Notes under the pieces: model-generated
The model's input: only the letters and a program-made list of their open reading frames with translations
What the model was told of the DNA's origin: nothing
Databases searched by the model: none
DNA from: an uncultured Pelagibacteraceae bacterium
Lineage (GTDB): Bacteria; Pseudomonadota; Alphaproteobacteria; Pelagibacterales; Pelagibacteraceae
Reading direction: 5' to 3'
DNA length: 64,000 nucleotides
NCBI GenBank assembly: GCA_902615425.1
Contig: CACMPD010000004.1
Span: forward strand, 9,437 to 73,436
Shown: piece after piece, positions 41,011-50,374 of the stretch
Layout: the number at the start of each line of letters is the position of its first letter
Numbering within the stretch: position 1 is the stretch's first letter
Made by a program: the position numbers and the translations under genes

Positions 41011-42096
41011 ATGGAATTGTTTAATAATTTTTCTGAAATATTTCTATCGGTATGGAACAAAGGTATTTTAGGCGTTGATATCTTACAAATATTAATTGGT
41101 TTAGGAATTTTTTTAATTTTTTTAATTTTCAGAGGTCTTATTAGTAAACTTGTAATCAAAAAGTTAGAAATTATCTCAAAAAGAACAACAAATAAATTAG
41201 ATGATACTTTCGTAAAATCTTTAATTGGTCCTGCAAGATTTTTACCAATTGTTTTAGGTTTTTTTATAGCAAGTTATTACATGACATTTTCTATGGAAGG
41301 TAGAGAAATTGTCGATACTATAAATAGAACTCTAATAACCATATTAATTTTTTGGGTTATTCATCAAATTATAGAACCAGTCTCATATATCTTAAGTGGT
41401 CTTGATAAATTATTAACAAGAGAACTCATTGGATGGATTATTAAATCTTTAAAGATATTAATATTCATACTAGGGCTTGCAGCAGTCTTAGAATTATGGG
41501 GAATAAAGATTGGACCAATTATTGCTGGTTTAGGTTTGTTTGGAGTTGCAGTTGCATTGGGTGCTCAAGATTTGTTTAAAAATTTAATTTCTGGGATTTT
41601 GGTATTAGTTGAAAAAAGATTTAAAATCGGTGATTGGATTTCTGTTGATGGAATAATTGAGGGTATTGTTGAAAAAATTGGTTTTCGATCAACAACAATC
41701 AGAAAATTCGATAAATCATTAGCAATAATTCCAAATTTTCAATTTGCAGAAAATGCTGTAGTAAATGTAAGTGAAACTTCAAACTGGTTAATTAGCTGGA
41801 TTATTACTCTCCAATATGACACTTCGGTTGATCAATTAAAAAATATAAGAGATCAAATTGAAGATCACATAAAAAAAAGTGATGATTTTGACACTAATAT
41901 AGGAATTGCAGTTAGGGTCGATAAGTTTTCAGATAGTTCTATAGACATGTATGTGCGTTGTTTCACAAAATCGGATAGTTGGAACGAATGGCTTTCAGTA
42001 AAAGAAAAACTTGCAATTGCAATAAAACAAATTGTTGAAAATAATAAGGCCTCTTTCGCATTTCCAAGTTCTTCGATTTATATTGAAAAAAAATGA
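41011..42096 (+). CDS. MscS family mechanosensitive channel
   Basis: GLFGVAVALGAQD, FKIGDWI, IGFRST, IPN, FAFPS. Confidence 0.93.
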   Translation: MELFNNFSEIFLSVWNKGILGVDILQILIGLGIFLIFLIFRGLISKLVIKKLEIISKRTTNKLDDTFVKSLIGPARFLPIVLGFFIASYYMTFSMEGREIVDTINRTLITILIFWVIHQIIEPVSYILSGLDKLLTRELIGWIIKSLKILIFILGLAAVLELWGIKIGPIIAGLGLFGVAVALGAQDLFKNLISGILVLVEKRFKIGDWISVDGIIEGIVEKIGFRSTTIRKFDKSLAIIPNFQFAENAVVNVSETSNWLISWIITLQYDTSVDQLKNIRDQIEDHIKKSDDFDTNIGIAVRVDKFSDSSIDMYVRCFTKSDSWNEWLSVKEKLAIAIKQIVENNKASFAFPSSSIYIEKK

Positions 42097-42383
42097 TTGC
42101 TATCTTTTATTTAGTTTTACAATTATTAAAACTTTATTCATATGTAGTGATTGCCAATGTTATCATCAGCTGGTTAATCGCTTTTAATGTATTGAATACT
42201 CAAAATAGATTTGTTTATGCAGTTTTAGATTTTACTTACAGGTTGACAGAACCATTTTTAAGAAGAATAAGACGATTTTTACCAAATTTGGGAGCGTTAG
42301 ATATTTCTCCAATTATTTTACTGCTATTGATTTGGTTTATAGAAATGTGTATGAAGCTCTACATCGCACCAATGATATTCTAG
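42093..42383 (+). CDS. yggT: YggT family membrane protein
   Basis: SWLIAFNV, LTEPFLRRIRRFLP, DISP. Confidence 0.92.
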   Translation: MIAIFYLVLQLLKLYSYVVIANVIISWLIAFNVLNTQNRFVYAVLDFTYRLTEPFLRRIRRFLPNLGALDISPIILLLLIWFIEMCMKLYIAPMIF

Positions 42384-42388
42384 AATAT

Positions 42389-43234
42389 ATGATTTTAATT
42401 GATGGAAAAAAAGAAGCAGCACTATTAAGGGAACAGCTTAAAAAGGAAGTATCTGATCTTAAAATTAAGTTTAATAAAGTTCCAGGGTTAACGGTAATTT
42501 TGATTGGAGACTTAACTCCTAGTCAGATTTACGTTCGAAACAAAGAAAAATCTGCTAACGAAGTTGGACTTAAATCCGATGTGATTAAATATCCAGATAG
42601 TGTTGAAGAAAAAGTTATTTTAGAGAAAATAGATGAGTTAAATAAAGATAATTCTGTATCAGGTATTTTAGTTCAATTACCATTACCAAAACATATTGAT
42701 AAACAAAAAATTATTGAAGCGATTGACCCATCAAAAGATGTAGATGGATTTCATCCAATGAATGTTGGAAATCTTTCATCAGGTTATGAGAGTTCTGTTC
42801 CATGCACACCATTAGGATGTTATTTATTAATTAAAAAGATAGAACCTAACTTAAATGGTAAAAAAGCAGTTGTTGTTGGTCGATCTAACTTAAATGGTAA
42901 ACCAATGACTCAACTTTTACTAAAAGAAAATTGCACTGTTACTATAACACACTCTAAAACAAAAGATTTAAAAGCAGAGTGTTTAGAAGCTGATATTATT
43001 ATTGCAGCTGTTGGTATTCCCGAGTTAGTTAAAGGCGATTGGGTTAAAAAAGATACTATCGTGATCGATGTTGGAATTAATAAAACTGAGAAAGGTATTG
43101 TTGGTGATGTTGCATTTGATGAAGTTTCAAAAAATGCCAAAGCACTCACGCCTGTTCCTGGTGGAGTTGGTCCAATGACAATCGCTTGCTTGCTAAAAAA
43201 TACGATTGACTGTTTCAAAAGATCGCAAGCATAA
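42389..43234 (+). CDS. folD: Methylenetetrahydrofolate dehydrogenase/cyclohydrolase (start ATG 42389)
   Basis: IDGK, YVRNK, GILVQLPLP, KDVDG, PCTP, TPVPGGVGPMT. Confidence 0.98.
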   Translation: MILIDGKKEAALLREQLKKEVSDLKIKFNKVPGLTVILIGDLTPSQIYVRNKEKSANEVGLKSDVIKYPDSVEEKVILEKIDELNKDNSVSGILVQLPLPKHIDKQKIIEAIDPSKDVDGFHPMNVGNLSSGYESSVPCTPLGCYLLIKKIEPNLNGKKAVVVGRSNLNGKPMTQLLLKENCTVTITHSKTKDLKAECLEADIIIAAVGIPELVKGDWVKKDTIVIDVGINKTEKGIVGDVAFDEVSKNAKALTPVPGGVGPMTIACLLKNTIDCFKRSQA

Positions 43235-43271
43235 TATTGAATTCAACAAATTTTTTTTGATAAGATAGGTT

Positions 43272-43475
43272 ATGAAAAAACCTAAATACCCCTATAGAAT
43301 TGCACTTCTCATGCTCATACTGACAGTTCCACCAATTGGCGCGACACAATTAGGTTGGTATTTATATGATAAACAAACTGGATTTGATTATGGTATGATA
43401 GTTGGAACATTTTCAGTAATTTATGCTGCTTGGTTAATGTATGAAAAGAATTGGAGAGAAGATGATGAGGATTAA
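43272..43475 (+). CDS. Small 2-TM hypothetical protein
   Basis: 67 aa, two hydrophobic helices, acidic tail; own promoter-like TTGAAT-N18-TAAGAT. Confidence 0.7.
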   Translation: MKKPKYPYRIALLMLILTVPPIGATQLGWYLYDKQTGFDYGMIVGTFSVIYAAWLMYEKNWREDDED

Positions 43476-43478
43476 ATT

Positions 43479-43745
43479 GTGGAAAAAATAATTTTTTTTG
43501 GATTAGCGATACCAATTTTAGCATTTGTCCTTTACTTGGGTGGAACAGCTATCATGAAAGGTTTTGAGGCCAAAAGAGAAAATAAATCCAATGAGAGCTT
43601 AGAAGACCAGGACCATGAAGACAACTTGTCTGATAATAATGATAAGTTAACAGATGAATTGAATAAATTAAATCAACTCCTTAAAGATGGTGTTTTAACA
43701 GAAGAAGAATTTAAAAAAGCTAAAAAGAAAATTTTAGATAATTAA
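43479..43745 (+). CDS. Membrane-anchored SHOCT domain protein
   Basis: N-terminal TM; C-terminal ELNKLNQLLKDGVLTEEEFKKAKKKIL. Confidence 0.85.
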   Translation: MEKIIFFGLAIPILAFVLYLGGTAIMKGFEAKRENKSNESLEDQDHEDNLSDNNDKLTDELNKLNQLLKDGVLTEEEFKKAKKKILDN

Positions 43746-44746
43746 TTATAATCAAGTAATTTTTTTAAAGATCCAAATTCACCTATTTTATAAATAATTG
43801 CATCTTCTTTTTTAAATCCATATTTTTCCGCTCCAGCTTTAAATCTTACAGGTGGCTCCATGATTGGTTCTAGGGATAAAACAAACGTGCCCCAATGCAT
43901 TCCAATCACTTTTTTACTCTTTAAATTTTTTGCAACCTCCAAAGCTTCTTCTGGATTTGTGTGATAAACCGACTTATCCATATAAGGCATTATTGGATAA
44001 AAGTTATAGGCACCAATATTTATAAATGTAAGATCAATTGGACCATACTTATTACCTATATCTTTATAAATATTTCCTACTCCAGTGTCACAACCAAATA
44101 ATAACTTAATATCTTTATATTCGATCAAAAAATTTCCCCATAAAGTTTTATTAGTATCTGTTAGACTTCTTTTTGACCAATGCACAGCAGGTAAAAAAGT
44201 AATTTTTAAATTTTTATTTATTTCAATTTTATCATACCAGTCCATTTCATTCACATCGCTATAACCATTTCTGGAAAAATATTTACCAAGTTTTAATGGA
44301 AGTAAAACTTTACAATTTTTAAAAGGAAATCTCCGGATTGTCATCATATCTTGATGATCATAATGATTATGGGTGAGTAAAAAAATATCTGTTTGTGGAA
44401 TCTCATTTAATTTTAATGCTGGTTCGGTAAATCTCTTAGGTCCAAAAATTAGCGGCCCAACATTTTTTGAAAATACTGGATCTGTAATAATTGTTGTTTC
44501 ACCAAGCTTAATTAAAAATGTTGCATGGCCAATCCATGCTACATAATCGTCTTCTTGAAATTTTTTTAAGTCTGTTAAAACTTTCTCTTTTTCAATAACA
44601 TGTTCTTTGGGAACTGTCATATCAAGCTTTTTTCTCTCTCTATTAAAAATTTTGAAGGACCATTTAACATTAGGATCTGGTTTTGGTGAACCCTGAGGAT
44701 TTCTAAAAGTACCGTCTGGTAAATGGTGATAAGGTTTTTTTTCCAC
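43742..44746 (-). CDS. MBL-fold metallohydrolase (RomA/NAPE-PLD-like)
   Basis: WIGHAT, TDPVFS, THNHYDH, PAVHWS, GDT-like, MHWGTF. Confidence 0.9.
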   Translation of the reverse strand: MEKKPYHHLPDGTFRNPQGSPKPDPNVKWSFKIFNRERKKLDMTVPKEHVIEKEKVLTDLKKFQEDDYVAWIGHATFLIKLGETTIITDPVFSKNVGPLIFGPKRFTEPALKLNEIPQTDIFLLTHNHYDHQDMMTIRRFPFKNCKVLLPLKLGKYFSRNGYSDVNEMDWYDKIEINKNLKITFLPAVHWSKRSLTDTNKTLWGNFLIEYKDIKLLFGCDTGVGNIYKDIGNKYGPIDLTFINIGAYNFYPIMPYMDKSVYHTNPEEALEVAKNLKSKKVIGMHWGTFVLSLEPIMEPPVRFKAGAEKYGFKKEDAIIYKIGEFGSLKKLLDYN

Positions 44747-44751
44747 TAAAA

Positions 44752-45372
44752 CTAATTTTTTTTGTTGTAAGTTTTTATAATTGTCTCCTCTAAAGTTCTA
44801 CTTATTATTATGGTGCCCTTTTCATTTGGATGTATACCATCACTTAGATTAAACTCGGGCTTCATGGCAACTCCCTCAAGTAAAAAAGGAATAAGCTCTA
44901 TTTTAAATTTTTTGGCTAGATTAGGAAAAATTTTGTCAAATTTTTTTTTATAAGAAAAACCATGCGAGGTTGGAGCAATCATCCCAGCTAGGACGATTTC
45001 AATATTTTTATCTTGAGCAATTTTTATAATTTTTTCTAAATTGCTTTTTGTTTCTTTTGGCTGGATGCCTCTTAACATGTCATTAGCCCCTAAGCATAAA
45101 ATTATTAGATCTATATCTGGCTCACTCAAAGTCCAATCAGCTCTATTTAATCCCCCTGACGATGTACTACCAGAAACACTGCCATCAACAATCTCAATAT
45201 TATAACCCTTTGCTTCTAAATTTTCCTCTAAAACGACTGGTAAACTATTGTCATCAGACAAACCATAACCAGCCATCAAACTATCACCAAATAATACAAT
45301 CTTTTCGATTGCATATGCATTAATGGTTAGTAGACAGATAATAATTATTTTAATAATAAAACTTTTGTTCAT
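44752..45372 (-). CDS. tesA: GDSL/SGNH arylesterase TesA (start at 45372)
   Basis: Signal peptide MNKSFII..., FGDSLMAGYG, GANDMLRG, DGIHPN. Confidence 0.9.
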   Translation of the reverse strand: MNKSFIIKIIIICLLTINAYAIEKIVLFGDSLMAGYGLSDDNSLPVVLEENLEAKGYNIEIVDGSVSGSTSSGGLNRADWTLSEPDIDLIILCLGANDMLRGIQPKETKSNLEKIIKIAQDKNIEIVLAGMIAPTSHGFSYKKKFDKIFPNLAKKFKIELIPFLLEGVAMKPEFNLSDGIHPNEKGTIIISRTLEETIIKTYNKKN

Positions 45373-46036
45373 GAGTACTCTTCTTAAATTAAAAAAGATA
45401 AATCTTAAATACCAAACTGGTAAAGACAATATTAGTGTTTTAAAAGATATAAATTTGACCACAAAAAAAAAAGAAACTATTTCAATAGTAGGTGAAAGTG
45501 GTTCAGGAAAAACAAGTTTAATCATGTTAATTGGTGGTTTAGAGCGTCCAACTTCAGGCAAGATATACTTCCAAGACCACGAATTTACAAAATTAAGTGA
45601 GGATGAAGTATCAAAAATCAGAAAAAAAAATATTGGTATAATTTTTCAGTCTTTTTATCTAATCCCAAATTATACAGCCTTAGAGAATGTAACCTTAATT
45701 CTTGAATTGAATAAATTCAAAAATCCTGAAAAAGAAGCAAAATCTCTTTTAGATAGATTTGGCTTAAAACATCGACTAAATAATTTACCCAGTCAGTTAT
45801 CTGGAGGAGAACAACAGCGTGTCGCTATCGCAAGAGCTATTGCTATGAAGCCAGAGCTAATTCTAGCTGATGAACCTACAGGAAATTTAGATACAGAAAA
45901 TTCCGATATGATTTCTAATATTTTATTTAGGTATGTTAAAGAGGAGGGTTCCTCATTAATTATGGTAACACACGACTCGAAACTTGCTAACCGCGCAAGC
46001 AGAAAAATTAAAATTAAAGATGGAAAAATTAAATAA
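45371..46036 (+). CDS. ABC transporter ATPase, YbbA/LolD-like (start probably 45371)
   Basis: GESGSGKT, LSGGEQQR, ADEPTGNLD, VTHD. Confidence 0.93.
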   Translation: MSTLLKLKKINLKYQTGKDNISVLKDINLTTKKKETISIVGESGSGKTSLIMLIGGLERPTSGKIYFQDHEFTKLSEDEVSKIRKKNIGIIFQSFYLIPNYTALENVTLILELNKFKNPEKEAKSLLDRFGLKHRLNNLPSQLSGGEQQRVAIARAIAMKPELILADEPTGNLDTENSDMISNILFRYVKEEGSSLIMVTHDSKLANRASRKIKIKDGKIK

Positions 46037-48557
46037 TTTTTATCAATACAAGTTTATCTTAATATATGCTCTTCGAGATTTAAAAAGGAACTATAAAAAA
46101 ATCTCTAGTATTATCATCACTCTGTTCATTAGTCTTTTTATATTAAGTGCAATATTTACTATTGAGGATAGTTTAAAAAAGGAACTCAAAGAAAATGCTA
46201 AAGAGCTTTTAGGTGGAGACTTAGAAATTGATTATAACAGAAATCAAGGAAATATAGATTTATTAAATAAAGTTGAAGAGTTTACAACTATATCAGAGAT
46301 GGTTGAATTCAGCACAATGCTTTCGACAACAAATCGAAAGAAAAATAAATCTTTATTTACTAGAATAAAAACAGTTGACCAAAAGTATCCTTTATATGGT
46401 GAAGTAACTTATGAACCTGCTGATGCTTATGAAAGAATGCAAACTGAACCTTATACAATTTTAATTAATGAGAGTTTATCAAAAACCTTAAATATCAAAA
46501 CAAATGAAATTGTAAAAATTCAAGATCAAGAATTTCTTGTTATTGGCAAGGTAAGATCTGTTCCAGATGTAAGTGGATTTGTGACTTTTGGAGATTGGGT
46601 TTTAACAGGTAAACAAACTTTAGATATTTTAAAACTTAACGGAATAGGAAATTTTTTAAATTATGAATATAAAGTAAAATTTAATACCAATGATAATCCA
46701 GAAATAATCATAAAAAAAATTGAAAGTATTTTTAAAGATGATCAAAAGGTAAAAATTAGATATCCAGAAAATGCAGCAAGTGGATTAAAAAGAGTAATTG
46801 GTAACTTTTCACAATTTTTATCCCTTGTCTCAATAAGTGCGATGCTTATTGCTGGTATTGGTATTGCTAATACTCTTTTGTCTTTTATAAATCAAAATAA
46901 CTTGTCTATAGCAGTAAGAAAGGCCTTAGGTTTCTATTCTGGTAATATTAAAAAACTTTATTATCTTCAATTGGTAATATTATTATTTATAATTACTATT
47001 TCAGCATATTTAAGTAGTTTATTAATTGTGCCATTAGCAGACAAATATTTGTCAAGTAGCTTTGGACTTAAAATAAATCTATTTTTTTCTTTTTTTAATT
47101 TTTTTAAAATTTTTTTAATAGGTTTATTAGTTTTGATAATTTTTTCGATTCCTACAATTAGTTCTATCGATCAAGTCAAAGCTTCAAGTCTATTTAGAAA
47201 TGTATTCCAAAACTTACAATTTTATTATTCAAAAAAATTAATTGGCATGAGTATTATAATGTTATCGATTTTGATTTTAATATTTAGTTATAGATCAGAA
47301 AATCTTGTTTATAGTCTTGGATATTTTGGGGCATTTTTTGTTTGTTTGATTATCTTTTTTCTACTTTCAAAGTTAATTATATTTTCTCTAAAAAAGTTTA
47401 AATTTAATTCGAGCACTCCTTTGAAAGTATCTATTAAAAATATTACACAATCAAAAAGTATTACACCTATTACAATTATGTCTTTAGGCCTTGGTGTTAC
47501 ATTACTTTTGACTTTGGCATTAGTTGGAACTAATTTTAAAAGAGAGATAGCAAAATCAATACCTGACATCGCTCCTGATTATTTTTTTGTGGGCATTCAA
47601 AATGGAGAGCGTGAAAAGTTTGAACAAAGAATTTTATCAATGGATCCTGGTGCAAATATCGAAATTGTGCCAATGGTTTCATCAGGAATAGTAAAAATTA
47701 ATGGTATAAATCCAAACACATATATTACACCTGAAAATGATAGTTATTGGGTTATTGGCAGTGAACGGAGATCATCTTGGACAAAAGAAGTTCCTGAGGA
47801 TAATCTAATTATTGATGGTAAGTGGTGGGATTTGTCTAAACCAAATCAACTTCAGATATCATTAGACGCTAAGGTTGCAAAAGATTTTAATATTAAATTA
47901 GGGGATATATTTACTTTAAATATCTATGGTAGAGAAATTGATGGTGAAATAGTCAACTTTAGACAAGTTGATTATAGAGATCTAAATATAAATTTTGCAA
48001 TGCTTTTTAACCCTGACTTTGCAAAAAATATTCCTCACGAATATTTAGCAACCACAAAGTTCTATAATTTAAATAAATTTGATGAAACAAAAATGCTTGA
48101 AATTTTCCCTAGTTTATCAATGATTAAAATTGCTGATTATTTAAATAAAGTAACTAATGTTTTAAATAAAGTTTTCATAGCGGTTATTGTCATTTCAACA
48201 GTCACTATCGTCATTGGTTTAATTGTAATATCAAGTGCAATAATGGTCCAAGGAAAAGTAAGAGAATACCAAAATTTGGTTTTTAAAATTTTAGGTTTTT
48301 CAAGAAAAGAGATTGTTTTTTCTTCGCTGATTGAATTTATGATTATTTTTATATCTGTAATAATGATTGCAGTTTTGTTTGCTGTAGTTGGTTCAAAATT
48401 TATTATTGAAAATATATTTGAGTTATTCTGGAAGTTTGATCTTAAAGTTTTAATTTATCTTGGTTTATCCATTGGTTTAGTAACGTTGGTATTAATATTA
48501 TTAACTAATATTAAATATTTAAATCCAAAGGTTTATCCTCTTATAAGAAATCAATAA
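46020..48557 (+). CDS. ABC transporter permease, YbbP/FtsX-like
   Basis: LLGGD, YPLYG, two FtsX-type TM blocks, PDYFFVGIQ; follows ATPase, tesA-ybbAP synteny. Confidence 0.88.
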   Translation: MEKLNNFYQYKFILIYALRDLKRNYKKISSIIITLFISLFILSAIFTIEDSLKKELKENAKELLGGDLEIDYNRNQGNIDLLNKVEEFTTISEMVEFSTMLSTTNRKKNKSLFTRIKTVDQKYPLYGEVTYEPADAYERMQTEPYTILINESLSKTLNIKTNEIVKIQDQEFLVIGKVRSVPDVSGFVTFGDWVLTGKQTLDILKLNGIGNFLNYEYKVKFNTNDNPEIIIKKIESIFKDDQKVKIRYPENAASGLKRVIGNFSQFLSLVSISAMLIAGIGIANTLLSFINQNNLSIAVRKALGFYSGNIKKLYYLQLVILLFIITISAYLSSLLIVPLADKYLSSSFGLKINLFFSFFNFFKIFLIGLLVLIIFSIPTISSIDQVKASSLFRNVFQNLQFYYSKKLIGMSIIMLSILILIFSYRSENLVYSLGYFGAFFVCLIIFFLLSKLIIFSLKKFKFNSSTPLKVSIKNITQSKSITPITIMSLGLGVTLLLTLALVGTNFKREIAKSIPDIAPDYFFVGIQNGEREKFEQRILSMDPGANIEIVPMVSSGIVKINGINPNTYITPENDSYWVIGSERRSSWTKEVPEDNLIIDGKWWDLSKPNQLQISLDAKVAKDFNIKLGDIFTLNIYGREIDGEIVNFRQVDYRDLNINFAMLFNPDFAKNIPHEYLATTKFYNLNKFDETKMLEIFPSLSMIKIADYLNKVTNVLNKVFIAVIVISTVTIVIGLIVISSAIMVQGKVREYQNLVFKILGFSRKEIVFSSLIEFMIIFISVIMIAVLFAVVGSKFIIENIFELFWKFDLKVLIYLGLSIGLVTLVLILLTNIKYLNPKVYPLIRNQ

Positions 48558-48567
48558 TCACTAAGAT

Positions 48568-49635
48568 CTATTTAGCCTTCTCCATCAGCCAAAGGTTATC
48601 ACTCGCCAAAAAGTAAATTTTTCCATTTTTTGGATGAACTTGGATATCTCTAATTCGTCCGATCTCATCTTTAAAAATTACATCTTCTTTTATGTTGGAC
48701 AAATCATTGAAGATTAGTTTTCTTAAGGATTGATCTTTTAATGATGTAATTAAAGCATGACTATTCCATTCATTAAATTCGTTTCCTTCATAAATTGTAA
48801 TTGCACTTGTTGCAATTGAAGGCACCCAATACTGGATTGCTTTTGTAAAGCCAGGTTTCCATTTTGGACCAATAGGAAAGCCAGAATAATTTTTTCCTCC
48901 CCAGCCTAATATTTTCCAACCATAATTTTCACCTTTTTTTACTTCACCAAACCAATCACCACCTTTGGCACCATGGTTACTCATATAAATTTTACCATCG
49001 TATGATGATAAAGTTAGACCTTGAGGATTTCTGATACCAATTTGATAAATTTCAGGTAGCCAATCAGGCTTATCTACAAATTTAGGATTGTCATTTGGAA
49101 TACTTCCATCAAGTTTAATTCTTATAATACTCCCAGGATGTTGTGAGGGGTCTTGAGCAATCATGCCTTTACCTCTTTCACCGGCAGAGGCAAATAAGTG
49201 ATTATCTTTGATCGCTAACCTTGAACCAAAATGATAACCAGAATCAATAGGAGGTTCAGCTTGAAAAATATTTTTAAAATTTAATTTTTTTTCATCAAAA
49301 ATAGCTTTAGCAATAGAGGTACTTGTTTTGCCATTACCTCTGTTTTCAGAATATGAAACATAAATAAAATTATCTTTATATAAAATATCTAAAAGACCAC
49401 CTTGTCCGTGTTCTAGAAAATTTAGGTTATGATCAACTTCAACAGCTTTTTTTTGGAGTATATCTATGATCTTAATTTTTCCACTTTTTTCAGTAATAAT
49501 TAGTTCTTTATTATTTAAAAAAGACGAACCCCACGGGTCGTTAAGAGCAACTAATTTTTTGAATTTTAAATTTTGAGCAAATAAATTAGTTGAAAAAAAT
49601 ATAAAAAATATAATTACAAAAAAAAGCTTTTTCAC
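48568..49635 (-). CDS. PQQ-dependent sugar dehydrogenase family (YliI/Asd-like); GTG start probably 49635
   Basis: Signal peptide, GQGGLLD, HFGSRL, GIRNPQG, NYGW, GRIRDI. Confidence 0.88.
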   Translation of the reverse strand: MKKLFFVIIFFIFFSTNLFAQNLKFKKLVALNDPWGSSFLNNKELIITEKSGKIKIIDILQKKAVEVDHNLNFLEHGQGGLLDILYKDNFIYVSYSENRGNGKTSTSIAKAIFDEKKLNFKNIFQAEPPIDSGYHFGSRLAIKDNHLFASAGERGKGMIAQDPSQHPGSIIRIKLDGSIPNDNPKFVDKPDWLPEIYQIGIRNPQGLTLSSYDGKIYMSNHGAKGGDWFGEVKKGENYGWKILGWGGKNYSGFPIGPKWKPGFTKAIQYWVPSIATSAITIYEGNEFNEWNSHALITSLKDQSLRKLIFNDLSNIKEDVIFKDEIGRIRDIQVHPKNGKIYFLASDNLWLMEKAK

Positions 49636-49636
49636 C

Positions 49637-50347
49637 TTATGAAAGTTTAGATCTTCCACCATCTACTGCAATAATTTGACCTGTTATCCAAGAGCTATCT
49701 TCAGTGATTAAAAATCTAGCTAAAGAGGCAGAGTCTTTTCCCTCTCCCAATCTTTTTAAAGGATGGGCCTTTGCAATACCATCTGCTAGGGCTTTATTCT
49801 TTAACATGGGCTCAGCAATTTTGGAATTAGTCAAGCTTGGCGCAATACAATTCACTCTTATGTTTGGAGCAAATTCAGCTGCAAGTGAAACTGTTAAACC
49901 CTCAACAGCTGCTTTTGTTGATGCAATAATTGCGTGATTGGTAAATCCTCTTTGAGCAGCAACAGTTGAAAATAAAACTATTGAGCCCTTATTTTTTTTC
50001 AAACTCTCTTGATAACCCTTAATAACTTCAACCGCAGAATAAAGATTTAATTTCATACATTTTACAAAATCTTGTTCTGTTACCATTCTCACAGGTTTTA
50101 AGTCAATTGACCCAACACAATAAGCAACACCTTTTACATCAGAAATATCATTTTTAACTTTTTCTATAAATCCCTCTTCCAAAACATCTACGATAGTAAA
50201 AGGACACCCTAATCTCTCTGAAATATTTTTAACCTCGTTTTCATCTCTACCTACTAAATGTACACTATTTCCAGAATTTACTAATTGTTCAGCCAAGCTT
50301 GATCCGATTGAACCTGTCGCACCAAAAATAAGATATTTTTCTGACAT
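49637..50347 (-). CDS. Short-chain dehydrogenase/reductase, atypical (no catalytic Tyr)
   Basis: GATGSIG, FSTVA, HAIIASTK in place of YxxxK, RVNCIAP, ITGQIIAVDGG. Confidence 0.88.
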   Translation of the reverse strand: MSEKYLIFGATGSIGSSLAEQLVNSGNSVHLVGRDENEVKNISERLGCPFTIVDVLEEGFIEKVKNDISDVKGVAYCVGSIDLKPVRMVTEQDFVKCMKLNLYSAVEVIKGYQESLKKNKGSIVLFSTVAAQRGFTNHAIIASTKAAVEGLTVSLAAEFAPNIRVNCIAPSLTNSKIAEPMLKNKALADGIAKAHPLKRLGEGKDSASLARFLITEDSSWITGQIIAVDGGRSKLS

Positions 50348-50374
50348 AAAAAATTTAATTAGTTATATTTAATT

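Noticed and set aside
45373-45561. Long N-terminal extension of the tesA ORF (similar extensions on secB, hisE, folD, ybbP, the ubi hydroxylase and ftsK)
   Set aside because: Artefact of longest-ORF calling; downstream starts fit family N-termini and avoid large overlaps
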